From Nitrospirota bacterium (GTDB lineage: Bacteria; Nitrospirota; Nitrospiria; Nitrospirales; Nitrospiraceae): a stretch of 64,000 nt of DNA. The notes under the pieces are model-generated. The model saw nothing but the letters and a program-made list of their open reading frames with translations. It made no database searches and was not told the origin of the DNA. Location: NCBI GenBank assembly GCA_963703955.1, contig CAVPGK010000017.1:192001-256000 (forward strand), written 5' to 3'. Shown one piece after another: positions 30,998 through 41,368 of the stretch (the first letter of the stretch is position 1; the number at the start of each line of letters is the position of its first letter). Both the position numbers and the translations under genes were made by a program.

Positions 30998-31261
30998 TTA
31001 AGCGACGTCCATTCTGGGATTGGGGGAAATCTTGGCGCAGACGCGGATACGCCGTCCCGCAAGCTCTGCTCCATTGAGAATCTCGATCGCGTGCGCAGCT
31101 TGTGCCGGACTCGCAAAGACGACAAATCCAAATCCTAGGCACCCCCCGGCTTTGGACATTGCTATGATCACGCGAAGCGCCCCATAGGGCTGGAAGAAGG
31201 TGTGAAAATCTTCGTTCGTGAGATGGGGAGGTAAGTTATCGACAAAGACCGTATTGGACAT
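30998..31261 (-). CDS. RRM (RNP-1) RNA-binding protein
   Basis: VFVDNLP (RNP2), LGFGFVVF (RNP1), LNGAELAGRRIRV. Confidence 0.85.
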   Translation of the reverse strand: MSNTVFVDNLPPHLTNEDFHTFFQPYGALRVIIAMSKAGGCLGFGFVVFASPAQAAHAIEILNGAELAGRRIRVCAKISPNPRMDVA

Positions 31262-31300
31262 GCGCCCATTCTCCGCTGCATGATGGCCCTTCCCAGTACA

Positions 31301-31564
31301 TCACGTGGCGTGCAGCGTGGGATCGGAGGTATGCATCGCACGGACATGGATGCGCCTCCCCTTGAGTTCAGCGTCATTCAAGGTTTGAATCGCTTGCTCG
31401 GCAGCAGCAGGTGTGTAGCAAACTACGAGACCAAAGCTATTGTGCGTACGTGGCCTGTCCCAGGCCAGGATGACGTGGACGGGCCCAAAGGGTGCAAATA
31501 GGTCCTCCAGCTGTGCTGTTGTGAGATCGAAGGGATGGTTTTCCACGAAGACTGTGGTGTCCAC
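31301..31564 (-). CDS. RRM RNA-binding protein, divergent paralogue
   Basis: VFVENHP, FAPFGPV, NSFGLVVC, LNDAELKGRRIHV. Confidence 0.75.
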   Translation of the reverse strand: MDTTVFVENHPFDLTTAQLEDLFAPFGPVHVILAWDRPRTHNSFGLVVCYTPAAAEQAIQTLNDAELKGRRIHVRAMHTSDPTLHAT

Positions 31565-32010
31565 CGGGAATGCTCGTCAATAACCGTCAATATGCGCGTG
31601 CCTCATCACCATAACAATTGGACGAAGGTCGTAAGCCTTCCCGGTATGGCATCTGATTTGCCCCCAATGTTAGGCCATCGTCAGGTTCGCAAGGCCGGCG
31701 CAGCACCTCTGGACTCCGGTGACCAATCCCCAGCGCACTGTGTATCCGGTGTGTGTTGTAATGTTTCCGCCGCTATGATGATGCGGTGCTGGCGAGTTTA
31801 GATGTTGAAACTTGGTGCGCGTTCAAATTACTTCCCATTGGTGAGTAGCCAGCGCAATCAACGCCGCGTCAGATCAGCAGCGCGTTCCGCCTACTGCACA
31901 CACTTTCCTGCGTAAGTGGCAGGTCGGTGGTCCGATCACATGGTGGCAAATTACTACTCCAACTCCAAAGGCAATTCATAAGGACGTGAGCGGTCCAATG
32001 CCCCTCGCCG

Positions 32011-32589
32011 TCAGTTCGAAGGCCGTTTCAAACTGTTCCGTGCAAAGGCCGCCTCTTTGGTGTCTGGAAATTGGACGACGACCAGTTCAAGAAGATGTCG
32101 GGAACGCGTGATCTCTCCAAGCTTGGCAAAACTCAGTCCTTTCTTCATGAGCACTGAGGCGGTCAGCTTCGGATGCAGAGGATACTCCGAGAGGGCGTCA
32201 TCAAAAGAGGTGATGGCATCCTTGTAGCGGCCTAATCTGAACTGACACTCGCCTAGCCAATATTTGGCGTTTGCGCTCACAGGAGAGCCTGGATGCAATG
32301 TGAGAAAAAATCGGAATCCTGCTTCCGCCGCTTCATAGTCTTGACGGTGAAACTCTCCCATCACGTGATCATACAGGCGCCTCGCTGCGTCGTCTGCGGC
32401 CATCGCAGCCATTCCGATCTCTGGTGCCACTGCTTTCGTCCAATTCTCCGTGATTGCAGTTGCAGTCACATCATCCATCGGTGTCGGGTCGGCATCTGGC
32501 AATTGTCGTTTCACGGTGAACAAAATGAGGACACATGCCAACAGCAATGTCACCGCGAATACATTCCGCATAAGTTTGAGAACCTTCAC
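32011..32589 (-). CDS. CpoB/YbgF-like TPR protein
   Basis: N-terminal TM, ANAKYWLGECQF, FPDTKEAAFA. Confidence 0.85.
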   Translation of the reverse strand: MKVLKLMRNVFAVTLLLACVLILFTVKRQLPDADPTPMDDVTATAITENWTKAVAPEIGMAAMAADDAARRLYDHVMGEFHRQDYEAAEAGFRFFLTLHPGSPVSANAKYWLGECQFRLGRYKDAITSFDDALSEYPLHPKLTASVLMKKGLSFAKLGEITRSRHLLELVVVQFPDTKEAAFARNSLKRPSN

Positions 32590-32872
32590 AAGTTATCCCT
32601 CAAGGGTCCACGGTTTGGCATGAAGATACACGTTAGCAGTTTGGAGTGTCCTCGGCCTTCCTGCCATCGTGCTTATGCCGTACGACTGTAGTCTTACTAG
32701 CTTAAGCAATTGGATCGGTTTGAAGTAATTGGGCAGGAAGCCGAGTGTCATGAAACCTTCGCAGTTTTGTGAAAATACCATCGGTACGGGAGACGAGCAG
32801 CAAATCGACGCTACTAAGATGGTTCATTGCCAGCTGATCCAAACTTGCTGATTCCCCGCTCTCTGGTAGCCT

Positions 32873-33958
32873 TTGTGGATGCCAAACTGGCTTTCACGGT
32901 GGTGTTCCTCCTTCACTCATCGGCGCCTCGTCTTACTCTTGCTGCTGAGCGCGGTGGTGTCATTTGGGATTGGTCTGGGCTTTTTGGTCCTAAAGAGAAA
33001 CACCTCAAGCGATGCAAACGGATTCAAGTTGATCGGCGCGCTCATCTCCTTTGCTGAGAACGAGCCCATACCTGAGGAAGATCAACCGGAGCAACTCGTC
33101 ATTCTTCCCGAGATGCAGCGGGAAGGCCAACACTATTTTCTCAGTTCTTTCAAGGTCCCAGAAACGTTAACCTTTGCTGCACAACCGGTTCCCATCGACA
33201 ATTGGCAAGTGAGAGAGCGCATCGAGTATGAGTTTTACCAATTCTTGGCCGAGCAAGGAGAGGCGATCATTCTTGCCAAGCGCACCGGACGCTGCTTTCC
33301 ACCTGTCGAAAAGCAACTAGCGGATGCCGGCCTACCAGACGATCTGAAATATGTCCTCCTGGTCGAGAGCAAGTGCATTGCTGTAGCCTACTCGCGGGCC
33401 AGGGCCTCGGGGCCGTGGCAATTCATCAACGGGACGGGCAAATACTACAAGCTGAATACGACACCGTGGCGGGATGATCGGCGTAATTTGGATCTATCTA
33501 CGGAGGCGGCTATCAAGTACCTGCGATCGCTCAAGGGCGAAATGGGCGACTGGTTTTTGGCATTGTCCGCGTATAACGCTGGACCTGAGCGCATCAGAAA
33601 GCTTATGCGGCAACAGCAAGTCAGCGATTATTGGAGGCTGCAGGCCGTCCGCGAAACGATGCGCTATGTGCCGAGGATCATTGCTGCGAAGGAAATCTAT
33701 TCTCAGCCTGAGAAATATCTGGGCTTGACAAAAAAAGACCTGTACACGCCGCTGGAAACCAAGATTGTCACCGTCCGTGTTTCCGAATCCCAGCGGGACC
33801 TGGCTGCCATCGCTCAAGAATTTGGGTCCTACTATCTCGAATTGAAGCTCTTGAACCCAGAAATTACCAAACAATATTTGCCACGGGGCACGCATTTGAT
33901 CAAGGTTCCCAAGAACTCCTGCGCGTTGGGTTGTATCAAACACGACAATGTCTCATAG
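32873..33958 (+). CDS. Lytic transglycosylase (SLT/MltD-like)
   Basis: VESK, ASGPWQFI, ALSAYNAG, ETMRYVPRI. Confidence 0.92.
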   Translation: MWMPNWLSRWCSSFTHRRLVLLLLLSAVVSFGIGLGFLVLKRNTSSDANGFKLIGALISFAENEPIPEEDQPEQLVILPEMQREGQHYFLSSFKVPETLTFAAQPVPIDNWQVRERIEYEFYQFLAEQGEAIILAKRTGRCFPPVEKQLADAGLPDDLKYVLLVESKCIAVAYSRARASGPWQFINGTGKYYKLNTTPWRDDRRNLDLSTEAAIKYLRSLKGEMGDWFLALSAYNAGPERIRKLMRQQQVSDYWRLQAVRETMRYVPRIIAAKEIYSQPEKYLGLTKKDLYTPLETKIVTVRVSESQRDLAAIAQEFGSYYLELKLLNPEITKQYLPRGTHLIKVPKNSCALGCIKHDNVS

Positions 33959-34096
33959 ATAGAAAGAGGCAGGTTGCAGGTGATTGATGGTGGATCTTTC
34001 CGTTAGGTATCGCTGCCTTTAGGCTTATGAAGCGTATGAATACGTAGTTACTTGACTCGTTGCTTGCCGACCATTGAATTTGGTAAACTGTGAGAA

Positions 34097-34939
34097 ATGG
34101 CTAGAAAGCTTCAGTCGGCGGCGATCTCGTTTGGCCTGGTCACCATCCCTGTCAATCTCTACACGGCTCTCGATGAGCAAGACATTCATTTCAACCAAAT
34201 TCACGACAAATGTGGCAGTCGTATCAAGCAACAACTGTACTGCCCGGTCTGCGAACGGGTCGTCGAACGGAGCGAACTCGTCAAGGGTTATGAGGTGGCA
34301 AAAGGGCAATATGTCAAGATTAGCCAGGAAGATCTGGACAAGCTAGAAGCGTCCGCCGGCGACACCATCGACATCGTCCAATTCGTTCCATTGAGCTCGG
34401 TGGATCCCATCTATTTTGAGAACACCTATTTCCTCGGTCCTGACAAACGTGGCGATAAGCCCTACGCCCTCTTGACGAATGCGTTGGAGAAAACCCAAAA
34501 AGTCGCGCTGGCTAAGTTTGTCTGGCGTGGAAAAGAGAACTTGGTGCTTGTTCGACCCGCCCAAGGCGGCTTGATGCTCCATAAGATGTATTACTCAGAT
34601 GAGGTTCGCGACTTCCAGGAAATTCCTAAAGGTGAGGCGACCATCAGTGGTCAGGAAATGGAGCTCGCGATCACCTTAATTGACCAGCTCTCTCAATCCG
34701 ACTTCGATCCGACCGCGTTTCAAGATGAGTATCGGGACCGCGTCGTCGACATGATTAACAAGAAGGCGGCGGGTGAGAAGATCGCTGTCGAGCCATTCCA
34801 GAAAACCGCTCCAGTCGTTGACATCATGGAAGCCCTTCGAGCCAGCCTCGGCAAAACGAAAAAGGACACGAAGAAAGGCCCTGTCCCATCTCGCGCTGAA
34901 CGGATCCCCGCCAAAAGAGCACATGCTGGCAGGAGATGA
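34097..34939 (+). CDS. ku: Non-homologous end joining protein Ku
   Basis: AISFGLVTIPVNLY, LVKGYE, IDIVQFV...VDPIYFE, FQDEYR, VDIMEALRASL, basic tail. Confidence 0.95.
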   Translation: MARKLQSAAISFGLVTIPVNLYTALDEQDIHFNQIHDKCGSRIKQQLYCPVCERVVERSELVKGYEVAKGQYVKISQEDLDKLEASAGDTIDIVQFVPLSSVDPIYFENTYFLGPDKRGDKPYALLTNALEKTQKVALAKFVWRGKENLVLVRPAQGGLMLHKMYYSDEVRDFQEIPKGEATISGQEMELAITLIDQLSQSDFDPTAFQDEYRDRVVDMINKKAAGEKIAVEPFQKTAPVVDIMEALRASLGKTKKDTKKGPVPSRAERIPAKRAHAGRR

Positions 34940-35769
34940 TCGAGTACTACACGACGCCTGAAGTCCTCCGCATCTTAAAAACTCCCGAACAAACGTTTCA
35001 AACTTGCCTGAAGGCCGCCTTGTATCGAACGGGTGTGCGGAGCCGCCCCCGGCGCTTTTCGTTTCATGACCTGATCGTCCTTCGGACCGCCAAAGGGCTG
35101 TGTGACGCCGGTATCCCGGTGCCACAGATTCGGCGAGTTCTGAAGTCACTCAAGCAGCAACTGACGCCTGAGCAAGAATTGGCCAACCTGAAGATCTATG
35201 CCGATGGCAAGCGGGTCGTGGTCGTCGATGGCGCTCAGCGATGGCAACCGGACTCAGGACAGTTTCTACTTAATTTCGGTGCGCAAGAGCTTCACGTTCG
35301 TAGCCTGCCGACGGTACTTCAGAAGACAACGGTCGGCGATCAGCTCACGGCTCAGGACTGGTTCGAAAGGGCACTCAGATTGGAAGAGGAGTCTGTAGAT
35401 CAAGCGCGCCTGGCGTACCGAGAGGCGCTGAAGTTAGATGCAACCATGGTTGATGCCCATATTAACCTTGGATTTCTGCACCATCAGGCCGGTGAATTGG
35501 ACGACGCAGAGCAACACTATCGGGAAGCCTGCCGGTGGGTGCCTGAGCAGGTCCTGGGATATTTCAATTTGGCCGTCTTGTATGAAGATAAGGGAGATCG
35601 GCGATCCGCCATCGCCGCATACCAACAGGTGCTAGAACGCGACGCGAACTATGGGGATGCCCACCATAATCTGGCCCGGCTGTACGAGGCTGAAGGCCAA
35701 CGTACAGATGCTATCCGACATTATGCCGCGGCGAAAAGACTGCTGAAATCTCCGAGCAAGCAAGGGTAG
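34936..35769 (+). CDS. MerR-like HTH plus TPR protein
   Basis: YTTPEVLRIL...FSFHDLIVLRTAKGL..AGIP..QIRR; C-terminal TPRs; ATGA overlap with ku. Confidence 0.85.
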   Translation: MIEYYTTPEVLRILKTPEQTFQTCLKAALYRTGVRSRPRRFSFHDLIVLRTAKGLCDAGIPVPQIRRVLKSLKQQLTPEQELANLKIYADGKRVVVVDGAQRWQPDSGQFLLNFGAQELHVRSLPTVLQKTTVGDQLTAQDWFERALRLEEESVDQARLAYREALKLDATMVDAHINLGFLHHQAGELDDAEQHYREACRWVPEQVLGYFNLAVLYEDKGDRRSAIAAYQQVLERDANYGDAHHNLARLYEAEGQRTDAIRHYAAAKRLLKSPSKQG

Positions 35770-36029
35770 CACTCACTTCCTGTGCATTAATCCTCGTAAA
35801 GCATCAAAGAAGGTCATTGAATCCATAGTGGCCGACGTTCGAGTGCTTAAGCGACAAGACTCGGCGATAGTCTTGTTAAAAGGCTGGTTGGCGGAGGTGC
35901 GGGAGGGCGCTGCGTGGGGGCCTTGTACTTTTAGGCCCCCGGTTCTTCTCATTTCTCTGGGATAGAGAATCTAGAGATAGCACAGACCTGCTGTGCGGTG
36001 GAGGTGAGTCACAGAGTGCTTCTTATGAT

Positions 36030-36356
36030 CTAACCGTTCCTTTTTTTGATCCGCCACAAACCCAAACCGGTGAGTCCCGACGCAACCAGAAGAATCGTTG
36101 ACGGCTCTGGAGCAGTCGTCGGCGGTGGAACGTGACCGTTCGTCCCAGTGTAGCCGTTATTACCATTGGTCCCATTATCATTTCCGTTTTCCAGCAGGAC
36201 AGGACCGTTTGTGAGCAATGATTCGGTGGTGCCTCCTCCACTATTATTATTCTGAAGAGGGAACCAGTGATCGCGGCTGAAGAAAGCCTGCGCCTGCCAC
36301 ACGAGGCCCAAGGTAATAAGTAATCCAGCGAGAGCCGACACGGCAACCTTTCTCAT
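36030..36356 (-). CDS. Small PEP-CTERM sorting-signal protein
   Basis: Signal peptide, N/G/T-rich linker, APEPSTILLVASGLTGLGLWRIKKR. Confidence 0.88.
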   Translation of the reverse strand: MRKVAVSALAGLLITLGLVWQAQAFFSRDHWFPLQNNNSGGGTTESLLTNGPVLLENGNDNGTNGNNGYTGTNGHVPPPTTAPEPSTILLVASGLTGLGLWRIKKRNG

Positions 36357-36853
36357 TGTGCCTCCTCCTTTCCTATCCACCGTTCATGTCCAACGACTCT
36401 GTCACCTTCTTAAGAGAGCGGCGAATTGCGTTGTGTGAGTCACAATAATGAATATCCGGCCGGCTTGAACAGACTACAGAAGCAGCACAGACCAAAGTCC
36501 GTATCCATCCGAGTGTAATTTCTTCGGCACGCTTCTCTAGCCATAGGGGACGTTCACCTTTCACAACGATGATGGTGCCCTTGGAACTCACAATATGACT
36601 GTCTAGTTGCCGTGAGCATGCTACGGAAGTATGACGAATAAGGGACGTCCGAGTGCTCCCAGAACCAGATCCCGGTCAGCCCTTCGACCTACCACAGGAA
36701 TCGATCATGGAGGACTCAAAACCTCTCTGAAAGTCCCCGTCGACTGAACAGAACCTAGCAAGCATTGCCGACTTGAAAACTGAGATGAGCATTGCCTTTC
36801 TTGACAGTGTGTCGCGAAATGATACCTTTTCGTAGGTACCCACTAGTCTCAAC

Positions 36854-37603
36854 ATGAAGGGGGATGGAATGGATATCAGGAGCGGATCGCGGCTCGTTTC
36901 GTTGGGAGTTCTAACTATGAGTGTGCTCGCGATGCCATTGGTCTCGTCAGCAGAATGGAATGCCGATATTTACGGCGGCGGTGCGTTCACAAACAACTTC
37001 ACCGTCAGTCAAGCGAGTAGCCTTGGTGCGACGATAACGGGGGACGTGAAGGTTGATTCCTCCTTCACGGTTGGCGGTCGCGTCGGGTATTGGTTTGAGC
37101 GCGTGCCTTGGCTAGGAATGGGCTTGGATGTTTTCTATTTTGAGCCGAACATCCCTACACAAAACATCACCGCCACAGCGACTGGGTTTGGCGGCAGTAT
37201 AACCGGTCCGGCGGAATGGAGGGAGACTTCGGTTTCTGTTGTTGGAATTGGGTTCGACGTTCTCAGAGCGAGAATGTCATTACTGAAGAGTAAAGAATTT
37301 CCTCGTGGGCGACTCCAGCCCTATATGACGGCCGGCCCAGCGCTGTTCCTAACAAAACTCAAAGACACCGATGCCTTTGCCCCGCCTAATCAGAGTCAGA
37401 GTGACACGTCGGTTGGCGTCAAGGTAGGCGCCGGGGTAGCCTTCCAGATCACCAAGGCACTCGCTCTGTTTGCGGAATATCGGTTTACCCACTTCACGGC
37501 CGATGCGACGTTCCAAGATGCCACACCACCACCTTCGCAGGAGACGGTCAAGGCAACCTTTGATACTAACCATGCCGTTGCTGGCATTTCGTTTCGTTTT
37601 TAG
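36854..37603 (+). CDS. Outer membrane beta-barrel protein
   Basis: Signal peptide, alternating beta strands, terminal GISFRF. Confidence 0.88.
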   Translation: MKGDGMDIRSGSRLVSLGVLTMSVLAMPLVSSAEWNADIYGGGAFTNNFTVSQASSLGATITGDVKVDSSFTVGGRVGYWFERVPWLGMGLDVFYFEPNIPTQNITATATGFGGSITGPAEWRETSVSVVGIGFDVLRARMSLLKSKEFPRGRLQPYMTAGPALFLTKLKDTDAFAPPNQSQSDTSVGVKVGAGVAFQITKALALFAEYRFTHFTADATFQDATPPPSQETVKATFDTNHAVAGISFRF

Positions 37604-38136
37604 CTAACCGGCCACGAGTATATCTGCATGGCCAAGACGAGGGAGAGACCGGATGCAAGCAGTCGGTCTCTCCCGCCTGATCCTCCAGACCAGAAGCGAT
37701 CGATAAACCCGCTGCACCTTCACCTCCTTCCTTCCCGAAAAACCAGGATCGATTGACCTGATTCTTATCCCATCATCCCTTGTCGTGCTAGTGATCCCTG
37801 CTCGGCGCGAGGGGTTTTCCCTTTCAGCAGACATCTGAAACATTCTGCACGATATGAAGGTCCGCTGTCTCGCGAGGCCGGATTCAACCACTGTCCGGAA
37901 GCCCCAGAGTGTCGTCAAACTGGATAGTAAAGCTTGTGCGGGGGAAGTCTTCAGGAGGCAACCTAACCTTAATCTTCACCGGCCGGTTACACATCCAGAC
38001 ATTTTCAGACTAGTGGACTGTAACGAATAATTCGGTAGTGTTCGATTCTGCATATACAAATAGAAGCCACACGCGTGAAGTGAAGTACGCTAATCCCCGG
38101 CATCGCGTTTACTCTCGATTTTGTCGTTACAGTCCC

Positions 38137-38361
38137 CTAGTTAGGCTTCGTCAAGCCTGACCCAGGTGGTTCGCCTGATGGAGTGTCTGTGACGTGAGCT
38201 GGGGGGATTGCTCCAGGCACAAGGGAGCCCTCGCCCTGTTGACGTCCATCAAGACTGGGTGGCACGGCGGCTCCGGGTTGACGGAGCGGCGGCTCGGCAC
38301 AGCCAATCAGCACCATGATAAGAGCCGCCAGTGTCATGTAGGTGCAGGCGCCTATTCTCAT
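38137..38361 (-). CDS. Small lipoprotein
   Basis: Lipobox LIGC; Pro-rich. Confidence 0.55.
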   Translation of the reverse strand: MRIGACTYMTLAALIMVLIGCAEPPLRQPGAAVPPSLDGRQQGEGSLVPGAIPPAHVTDTPSGEPPGSGLTKPN

Positions 38362-38632
38362 TTCGTTCTCCTGTATCGGGATGGTCGAGATTTCTAGCTG
38401 ACAGTCGATCGAACCATATTACTGTCCTTTCACCACCGGCGCTAGTGGCTGTCAACGTCCCCAGTCTTCAAGGCTCTCCATGTTTTATTATTTCATTTCT
38501 GGGGACAACTTGTTCTGTCTTTCTGGGAAGAAACTGTCCATATCGACGATTGGAACTCACACTGGTTGCTGTTGTGTGTGTCTCCCCTTAGAAATCAATA
38601 GCTTTGATTTTGAGTCTTGAAGAGAAGCTGAC

Positions 38633-38646
38633 GGCCCGTCAATTGC
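38633..38646 (+). promoter_or_regulatory. Candidate sigma-54 promoter
   Basis: GGCCCGTCAATTGC (GG-N10-GC) about 50 bp before 38697. Confidence 0.55.
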
Positions 38647-38696
38647 TAAGGTGTGAGCGTTTCTCCATGCGACCCACCTGATAAGGAGGTGGCATT

Positions 38697-38957
38697 GTGC
38701 AAAAGAAAGATGTCTCCCAGCGATTTTCACGATGGATCATACCGTTCGTGGGTATGCTTGCTGCGCTTCTCGTGGGTTGTGCCGGAGATAGCGGTTCGAG
38801 ACGATCCTCAGACAGTGACGGGCATGGAAGGCCCTCTCTCGATGAACGGCGCTATCAGCAGCGGGCATACGGTCCATGGGATATGCCGAACGCAGGGGCA
38901 CAACCTGGACCACCGACTTGGTACGGGTGCCCGCAACAGGCGTCGAATTGCTATTGA
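38697..38957 (+). CDS. Small lipoprotein
   Basis: SD AAGGAGG, GTG start, lipobox LVGC. Confidence 0.65.
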   Translation: MQKKDVSQRFSRWIIPFVGMLAALLVGCAGDSGSRRSSDSDGHGRPSLDERRYQQRAYGPWDMPNAGAQPGPPTWYGCPQQASNCY

Positions 38958-39212
38958 TAGCGCCGCCAGTTCGTTGGATTGTGAGTAGGCCGCCTTCAGC
39001 AGGTCATCGGTTCTTCCTGCTTTCTGGTGACAACTTGTTCCTGCGTGGAACGAGTTGTCCCTCGAGGAGGCTTTCAATTTCGTGAGATGAAATCCAAAAC
39101 TAGCGCCGTCTCCGCCTGACTGTCCATAACCTGCCTAAGTATCAAATCGTTTCGTACATCTCAGGAAGTGATGGTCCAGCCATGACTAGGAAACGAATTC
39201 TCCAATTCAATA

Positions 39213-39226
39213 GGCGTATCATTTGC
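39213..39226 (+). promoter_or_regulatory. Candidate sigma-54 promoter
   Basis: GGCGTATCATTTGC. Confidence 0.5.
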
Positions 39227-39303
39227 ACGGTGAAGGAGGGATGCAGTGCGTCGCTTGCACCGGATTCGGCAGGTACACATCAATGTGAGGAGGTTAGTAC
39301 CCC

Positions 39304-39537
39304 ATGGACCTTCGCGATTTGAAACGGAAACGACCTGAAGATCTCACAAGGCGCGAGCAGGAAATTCTTCAGCTCATATGGTCGGGGCTCAAGAATAAGG
39401 AGATTGCGCCACGCCTAAACATCAGCGTGAAGACGGTTGAGGCCCATCGCTCTGCCATCATGAAAAAGGTTCGAGTCACCAATACCGCTCAACTACTAAA
39501 GGCGGCTATTCAAGGGCAGATGATCCGGGTCGGGTAA
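39304..39537 (+). CDS. Stand-alone LuxR/GerE HTH regulator
   Basis: LTRREQEIL...GLKNKEIA..LNISVKTVEAHR. Confidence 0.92.
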   Translation: MDLRDLKRKRPEDLTRREQEILQLIWSGLKNKEIAPRLNISVKTVEAHRSAIMKKVRVTNTAQLLKAAIQGQMIRVG

Positions 39538-39618
39538 TTGCCCTTTGGGGAAACCTTGCCGCTGTGACCTTGCCGAATAAGACCTAGCGTCTACCCCCGG
39601 TTGACATCAACCTGTCAG

Positions 39619-40230
39619 TCAGCGAAGAACCGTTTCCTCTCTCGGATTCATGGCGAGATAGTCGTTGATAAAGGCTTGAACGAAATCGCTTACATCCTCC
39701 CGGATGGTATCGAGGTGTTCGGCCGTGGTGGTTCCCGCCACTTGCGCTGACCAGGTCGGGGCAAACGTTGCGATGGTGGGATGTCTGGTCAGCCGAACTG
39801 TTTGGTTTAAACTGAGCTCAATGGCATACGAGTAGATCGACCTGGTCTTCACCGTGTTGATGCTGACATAGAGGTAGGCATGCCCGGGCTGAGTGCGCCG
39901 TTCTTCATGGGTGAGTACACGGATTCCCGCTCCACCTAACTGCGATTCCACGTACTTCTTCAATTGGCTGGTCGAGAGCCCATCCCGCTCGGCGTCCGCT
40001 GGGATTTGCTCTACAACGACCTCGACACCGGTGAGATCTCTAAGGGTTTCTCGCTTCCGTTCGCCTGTCAGAATGACTGTCGATGGGGTGATCGAAAAGG
40101 CGAGATAGGGACTCCACAGGCCCAGCCATGCCGTCACGGCCAGCAATAAGAGTTTCGGTTCCAAGAAACGAGGTGTCATGAATGGTGATAGATGCAGCGG
40201 CCGCGGATCATCAACGGCCTCTTTTATCAC
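39619..40230 (-). CDS. Exported hypothetical protein
   Basis: Signal-like segment followed by an alpha/beta domain. Confidence 0.7.
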   Translation of the reverse strand: MIKEAVDDPRPLHLSPFMTPRFLEPKLLLLAVTAWLGLWSPYLAFSITPSTVILTGERKRETLRDLTGVEVVVEQIPADAERDGLSTSQLKKYVESQLGGAGIRVLTHEERRTQPGHAYLYVSINTVKTRSIYSYAIELSLNQTVRLTRHPTIATFAPTWSAQVAGTTTAEHLDTIREDVSDFVQAFINDYLAMNPREETVLR

Positions 40231-40369
40231 AGTTGTAGTACGGGCTTCAATCTTTCAGCAGCAACCCAATGAGCATGCCAATAATCCCGTCTCGGACGCA
40301 GGGACTCACCTGGCTCTCTCGGTGTGATACAGTATCAGCACACCAGAGAATTCACACCCAAGGAGGCCC

Positions 40370-41368
40370 ATGCGAGTGCTTGTGACCGGAGGAGCAGGTT
40401 ATATCGGAAGTGTCGTAACGGAAGAGCTGATCGGCGAAGGTCATAACGTCGTAGTTTACGACAACCTCTCCAAAGGGCATCGGGACGCCGTCAGCGATGG
40501 CGCTCTGTTTGTCCAAGCGGATCTGCTGGACGGTTCGACCTTACGCCGAACGTTGAGCGAACACGAGATAGAGGGTGTCGTGCACATGGCAGCGGACTCG
40601 CTGGTCGGTGAATCCATGCTGGACCCGGCGAAATACTACCGGGGCAACGTCCAGGCCGGACTCACCCTTCTGAATGCAATGCGAGATGCCAGCGTTCGGA
40701 GTTTGGTTTTTTCCTCGACAGCAGCGGTGTACGGGGAGCCGGACAAGCAGCCGATTGTAGAAACTGATCCCGCCTTCCCGACCAATCCCTATGGCGAGAG
40801 CAAACTGGCGTTCGAGCGAGCATTGCGCTGGTATGATCAGGCCTACGGCCTCCACTCCGTCATCCTGCGCTATTTCAATGCGGCCGGTGCGACTGCTCGA
40901 AACGGCGAGCGGCATGATCCTGAAACCCATCTCATTCCACTGATCTTGGACGCATCGGTGACCGGACGAGCCGTCACCGTATTCGGAGACGACTATCCGA
41001 CGAAGGACGGTACCTGCATCCGGGACTACATTCACGTGCAGGACCTAGCGAGGGCGCATGTATTAGCCCTTAACACCCTGGCGGCATCTGAAGCACGCTG
41101 CGTCGTCTTCAATCTCGGTTGTGGTGGAGACGGGTACACGGTGCGAGAGGTCATCGATGTTGCGAAACGGGTAACGGGTCGAGACATTTCGGTCAAGGTG
41201 GGGCCACGCCGTCCGGGAGATCCGGCCGCCCTCATCGCCTCTTCCGATCGCATTACGAAAGAGCTGGGTTGGCGTCCGATCCGGCAAGATCTTCACACCA
41301 TCATGGATTCGGCGTGGCGTTGGATGCAGAAACGGACCCCACCGGGATCAGCTTCGTCCGGTCCATGA
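40370..41368 (+). CDS. galE: UDP-glucose 4-epimerase
   Basis: TGGAGYIGS, FSSTAAVYG, YGESK, LRYFNAAGA. Confidence 0.96.
   Translation: MRVLVTGGAGYIGSVVTEELIGEGHNVVVYDNLSKGHRDAVSDGALFVQADLLDGSTLRRTLSEHEIEGVVHMAADSLVGESMLDPAKYYRGNVQAGLTLLNAMRDASVRSLVFSSTAAVYGEPDKQPIVETDPAFPTNPYGESKLAFERALRWYDQAYGLHSVILRYFNAAGATARNGERHDPETHLIPLILDASVTGRAVTVFGDDYPTKDGTCIRDYIHVQDLARAHVLALNTLAASEARCVVFNLGCGGDGYTVREVIDVAKRVTGRDISVKVGPRRPGDPAALIASSDRITKELGWRPIRQDLHTIMDSAWRWMQKRTPPGSASSGP

Noticed and set aside
30841..31077. 78-aa plus-strand ORF
   Set aside because: Overlaps the convergent RRM gene by 80 nt and has no recognisable motif; cannot be supported
34097..34939. Prophage (Ku as Mu Gam-like gene) with the transglycosylase as lysin
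   Set aside because: No structural, terminase or replication genes; Ku is the bacterial NHEJ type and the SLT is MltD-like with a membrane anchor
41119..41364. N-terminal extensions in the ORF track (ndh, also pheS, rluD, YbiB-like, znuB, receiver 1)
   Set aside because: They overlap neighbouring genes or repeats; downstream ATGs match family N-termini, SD sites or stop-start overlaps
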